Shown: one piece after another, positions 60,931-64,000 of the stretch | Numbering within the stretch: position 1 is the first letter of the stretch | How the letters are laid out: the number at the start of each line of letters is the position of its first letter | Assembly (NCBI GenBank): GCA_010909165.1 | Contig: MU008179.1 | Location: 992,001 to 1,056,000 of the forward strand | Length of the DNA stretch: 64,000 nt | Source: Anthoceros angustus | Lineage: Eukaryota; Plantae; Anthocerotophyta | Reading direction: 5' to 3' | The notes under the pieces: model-generated | What the model saw: only the letters and a program-made list of their open reading frames with translations | The model's database searches: none | Told to the model about the DNA's origin: nothing | Made by a program: the position numbers and the translations under genes

Positions 60931-63384
60931 TATATTGGACACATTGTCTAAGCCTCCATATAGTTCATCCTACTAAATTGGTCTACTTGAGATAACCTTA
61001 GTAGTCCAATATTCTATTCTAAGTCTTGAACAATCATCCTCAATCTTAACATAGGCTCAGATCCTCTCCTCTCCTTCATACATAGTTGAGGTGCTCTCGA
61101 AAAAATAATATTAAAATATTAAATAATATTTTGCTAATTAAAACTTTTCATATTTTCTTAACCTCAAGAATACTCACGATAGACATGGATCATATGCCGG
61201 AAATTCTTCACAAACAGATACATAACCCGTATCATATGTATCTTAGTTTCGGCAAACATAGGAGCATGGTGGTACGGTCCGCTCTCCCTTTCATATTAGT
61301 GATTATATAGATGAGCTTCACATCATCACCCTTGGGATATATGCCGGTTTAATCCTATGTTTCCTATTCTATGTCTTCTTCGAAAAGAAACCTAAAATGG
61401 GCAAGTTTTAGCAAGAGAAAATAAGTTAGAACACCTTTTTAGAGTCACAAAAGCATGTCTACCTTTTCATTTTTCTCATTTTCTTCATTTTCATTTTCAT
61501 TTTCCTTTTTCCCATAATTTTCCATACATAAATCTGCAAAATAGTATCAGAAAATTCATCACAATTAATATTTTTGAACTGGAAAATGGTCATTTGAAGA
61601 TGCCCACAAACGGGCTTACAACTAGGTGCCTCTCCTCAAAAGGGGGCATCATCTGCCCAAGGTGCCTCCCTTCACGACAGGGGGACACCTTATTACACAC
61701 AATCTATCTTACTTGAGATTTCAGCCTCCCCATCAGGTGGAAGTCTTCCATGAAGATTCTTCCAAGGCACTTGAGTCGATAAGAGCAATCTCAGCGATTT
61801 CTTCCCACAAGAACTTTTGGAATCTTCCTCGACGATCTCTCTCGCACAACTGTGGTGACGACATGCATTTGGAGCAGTGTTGGCTTGGGATGCAGCACTT
61901 TCAACAAATTGAGACAAGACATGCGATCTTCTAATTTCCGGCCCGGTGAGACACTCCCGATCAAGACTTACACATCAATTGGCGATCTCCAAGACCGCAG
62001 GACACCTCTATCTCCAAGGGTGACTTCAACATCAACGCGAGGACCACTTCTACCACTGGAAATTGTGGTGGACTCTCCACAAATGTGGAATCCAGGAGGC
62101 GCAGAGATCACCGGCACCGCCTGTGAGGTGCTTCTTCGAGGGCACGATCCTCCCCAGGCCGCTTCCTTGGAGAAGAATGCACCGCCGACCTGAAGGAGTT
62201 GTTTCTGCCGGCGGTATGCATGGCCGGACGGCCATCATATGGCCCGGCCGTGCTCATTTAATGGGTTTTTTAACTTTTACCTTTCTGGTTTAAGATTAAC
62301 CTAGTTTAAGTTTTACTTTTATCTTTTTACCTTGTTTAGAAATTTACCATTTCCTAATTAAGTTTTTGGTAATTAATTTTGATTACATTAAATTCTGCTT
62401 AAATGTAACTTAAGCCAGTTTTAATTGTTTTCTTAGTGGATAGCTTTCAAGTTAGTGGGAGCTAACTAGCCTTTTAGTCTCATTTTGAAGTGATTCTTCA
62501 CACCTAGTTCATAGTGAGTGGGAGTGATGAAATATGACCTATTTAGGCACTCTTCACTAGGGCACCTAAGGCTATTAATTAATTTAGTTCTTAGGGCTTT
62601 AGGTAGTTTAATGAGTAGTTAGTTGTTACAACCACTTAGAGGTTAGAACTACTTATGGTTACAACCACCTTATGGTTATAACCACCTAGCCTATATAAAG
62701 GCTTTGTACTTCTATTATTATCAATGCATACAACTCTTTTTGTGCAAAGCTTTCTACTATCTGCTTGCTATGTTTTGCTACCTAGAGCAGCTATGATTCT
62801 CATCAAGAAGTCTAAGGCAGGAGGATCGGACTCCGGAGGGTGGAAATTTGACATGCCGCAGTTCACATGCTATGCAGGCCAACTGTCCTCTAAGGACCTT
62901 TCGGACTTTCGACCTTGGGCAGCAAAAGAGAATATTCAGCTAGAGTGGGTGTATGGGCGACATTGGTCTTACACCAACCTTGAATTGATAGAGCAGTGTT
63001 TTGCTAATCTGCAACAGACGAAAGAGGAATTGGGTGCCTTACCAGATAGGAACGCATGGACGGATCCACGATGCTGGACCATAAGGAGCATACGACAGGT
63101 ACTTCCTACCCTTTCCTACCATGGTAGGAGTTTCTCCTACGGTGGTAGGACACCTCCTACCACTCATGTAGGTTATATTTTCTCCTCACCAGAAGGTTGT
63201 TTTGACTTGTTTCTTTTTCCCCGCATATCCTCTCTGCCTTCCCGACATGGTCCTACAACTCCCGCTCAAAAAGGAGCAAAAAATTTCCTTGCATGTCTTC
63301 ACCAAACCATTTCTAGCAAAAGAGTGTGGGTCTGTTTCAAAACGAACTCATTTAAGCTAGTTGCCCAAACTTTTGCATTCCACA

Positions 63385-64000
63385 AGCTTGTAGGATGGTT
63401 TCTTTCCGCATCATAGCTCCTCCGAACTCGCCATCATCAAATTTTATTAGGAGATCCGCAAGATAAGATGTGCAGAGACACGCTCGCCCAAAAACCATTA
63501 GGCAATCCAGAGTTTGACAACAAACTACGATCCTCTCCTCGAATGGTTCTGCTCATCCGCCACACACCATTTTGTGGAGGAGTATACGGCGCAATAATTT
63601 CTTTTGATTCCTTGGAATCTGTAATGAGAAAGCTGAAACATACTTCCACCATTATCTCGCCCTTAGACACTTCAATCGGTGGCGATCGATTCATGACAAA
63701 TTTCAAACACCGCCGAACTTCATCCTTTTTCCTCAAAGGATAAACCCACACCTTGCGTGAGAAATCATCTATGAAAGTGACAAAATAGAGGCACCGCCTA
63801 ATGATGCAGAGGCATAGGTCCACATACATCATGAACCAACTCAAGAGGTTTACTTACTTACTTGTTCGATGTGATGATTTTGTCTGCTTCCCATATAAAC
63901 AAAGGCTCACACATCGAGAGATCGAGAAGTTAAGAGTGGATATAACCGTAACGAGATAAAACCTTCATTCCCTTCTCGAGACATATGTCCTAACCGCAAT
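63385..64000 (-). mobile_element. Second copy of the copia-1 family (integrase region), inverted; continues beyond the window
   Basis: Reverse complement closely matches about 4838-5463 (YFVTFIDDFSRKVWVY, PYTPPQNGV); interrupted at 63384 by the TG end of element H. Confidence 0.9.

Larger units (their letters stand above)
55783..62805 (+). mobile_element. Ty1/copia element (copia-3) with an upstream ORF and long 3' region
   Basis: LTRs 55783-56065 and 62525-62805 (TG...CA, about 7 substitutions and 2 indels). Perfect TSD AGAAG, PBS TGGTATCAGAGC at 56066-56077, PPT AGTGAGTGGGAG. Confidence 0.95.
55693..63150 (+). pseudogene. N-terminal part of the element H accessory ORF, split by copia-3
   Basis: 55693-55782 (MTKPTMTKGKEVVAK..RAGKK) joins 62811 onward (SKAGGSDSGGWKF..NIQLEWVYGRHWSYTNLELIEQCF..WTDPRCWTIRSIRQV) in frame across TSD AGAAG. 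Confidence 0.8.
23693..63384 (-). mobile_element. Host element H: LTR-like sequence of about 6 kb related to the Athila-like LTR, split by three insertions and an inversion
   Basis: Its right end reads on minus TGTGGAATGCAAAAGTTTGGGC, versus TGTGAAATGCAAAACTTTGGGC at the gypsy LTR start (40131/52729). The pieces 23693-26015, 35820-35862, 52730-55782 and 62806-63384 rejoin across the TSDs of the nested elements. TATA-like site at 23868-23873. The left end at 23693 is tentative and has no matching TSD. Confidence 0.6.

Overview
Eukaryotic (land-plant) genomic window; a non-seed lineage is a low-confidence guess. It has one intact host gene, a 30-exon CHD1/CHR5-type chromatin remodeller on the minus strand (9151-20309, about 1848 aa, all introns GT-AG), between two transposon nests. 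Left nest: a CACTA terminus (1-445) interrupts an old minus-strand copia, which is itself split by a full-length Tnt1/Tork-like copia (2514-7632, TSD CTTTG), followed by a TA-flanked MITE. Right nest (23.7-64 kb): an LTR-like host element of about 6 kb. It is interrupted by a copia with AG...CT termini (26016-35819), a 16.9-kb Athila-like Ty3/gypsy with 4.3-4.4-kb LTRs (35863-52729) and another copia (55783-62805, TSD AGAAG). An apparent 8.3-kb inversion also cuts it. Top leads: (1) giant gypsy LTRs carrying their own promoter plus accessory gene in U3, with a longer homologue in the host element; (2) a protein-conserved ORF upstream of gag in two divergent copia elements; (3) an inversion between palindromic arrays that splits the accessory gene; (4) non-canonical LTR ends. 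The TE sequence is full of small deletions while the host gene is clean, so many frameshifts and some tandem duplications may be assembly errors. All alignments were done by eye; no database searches were run.
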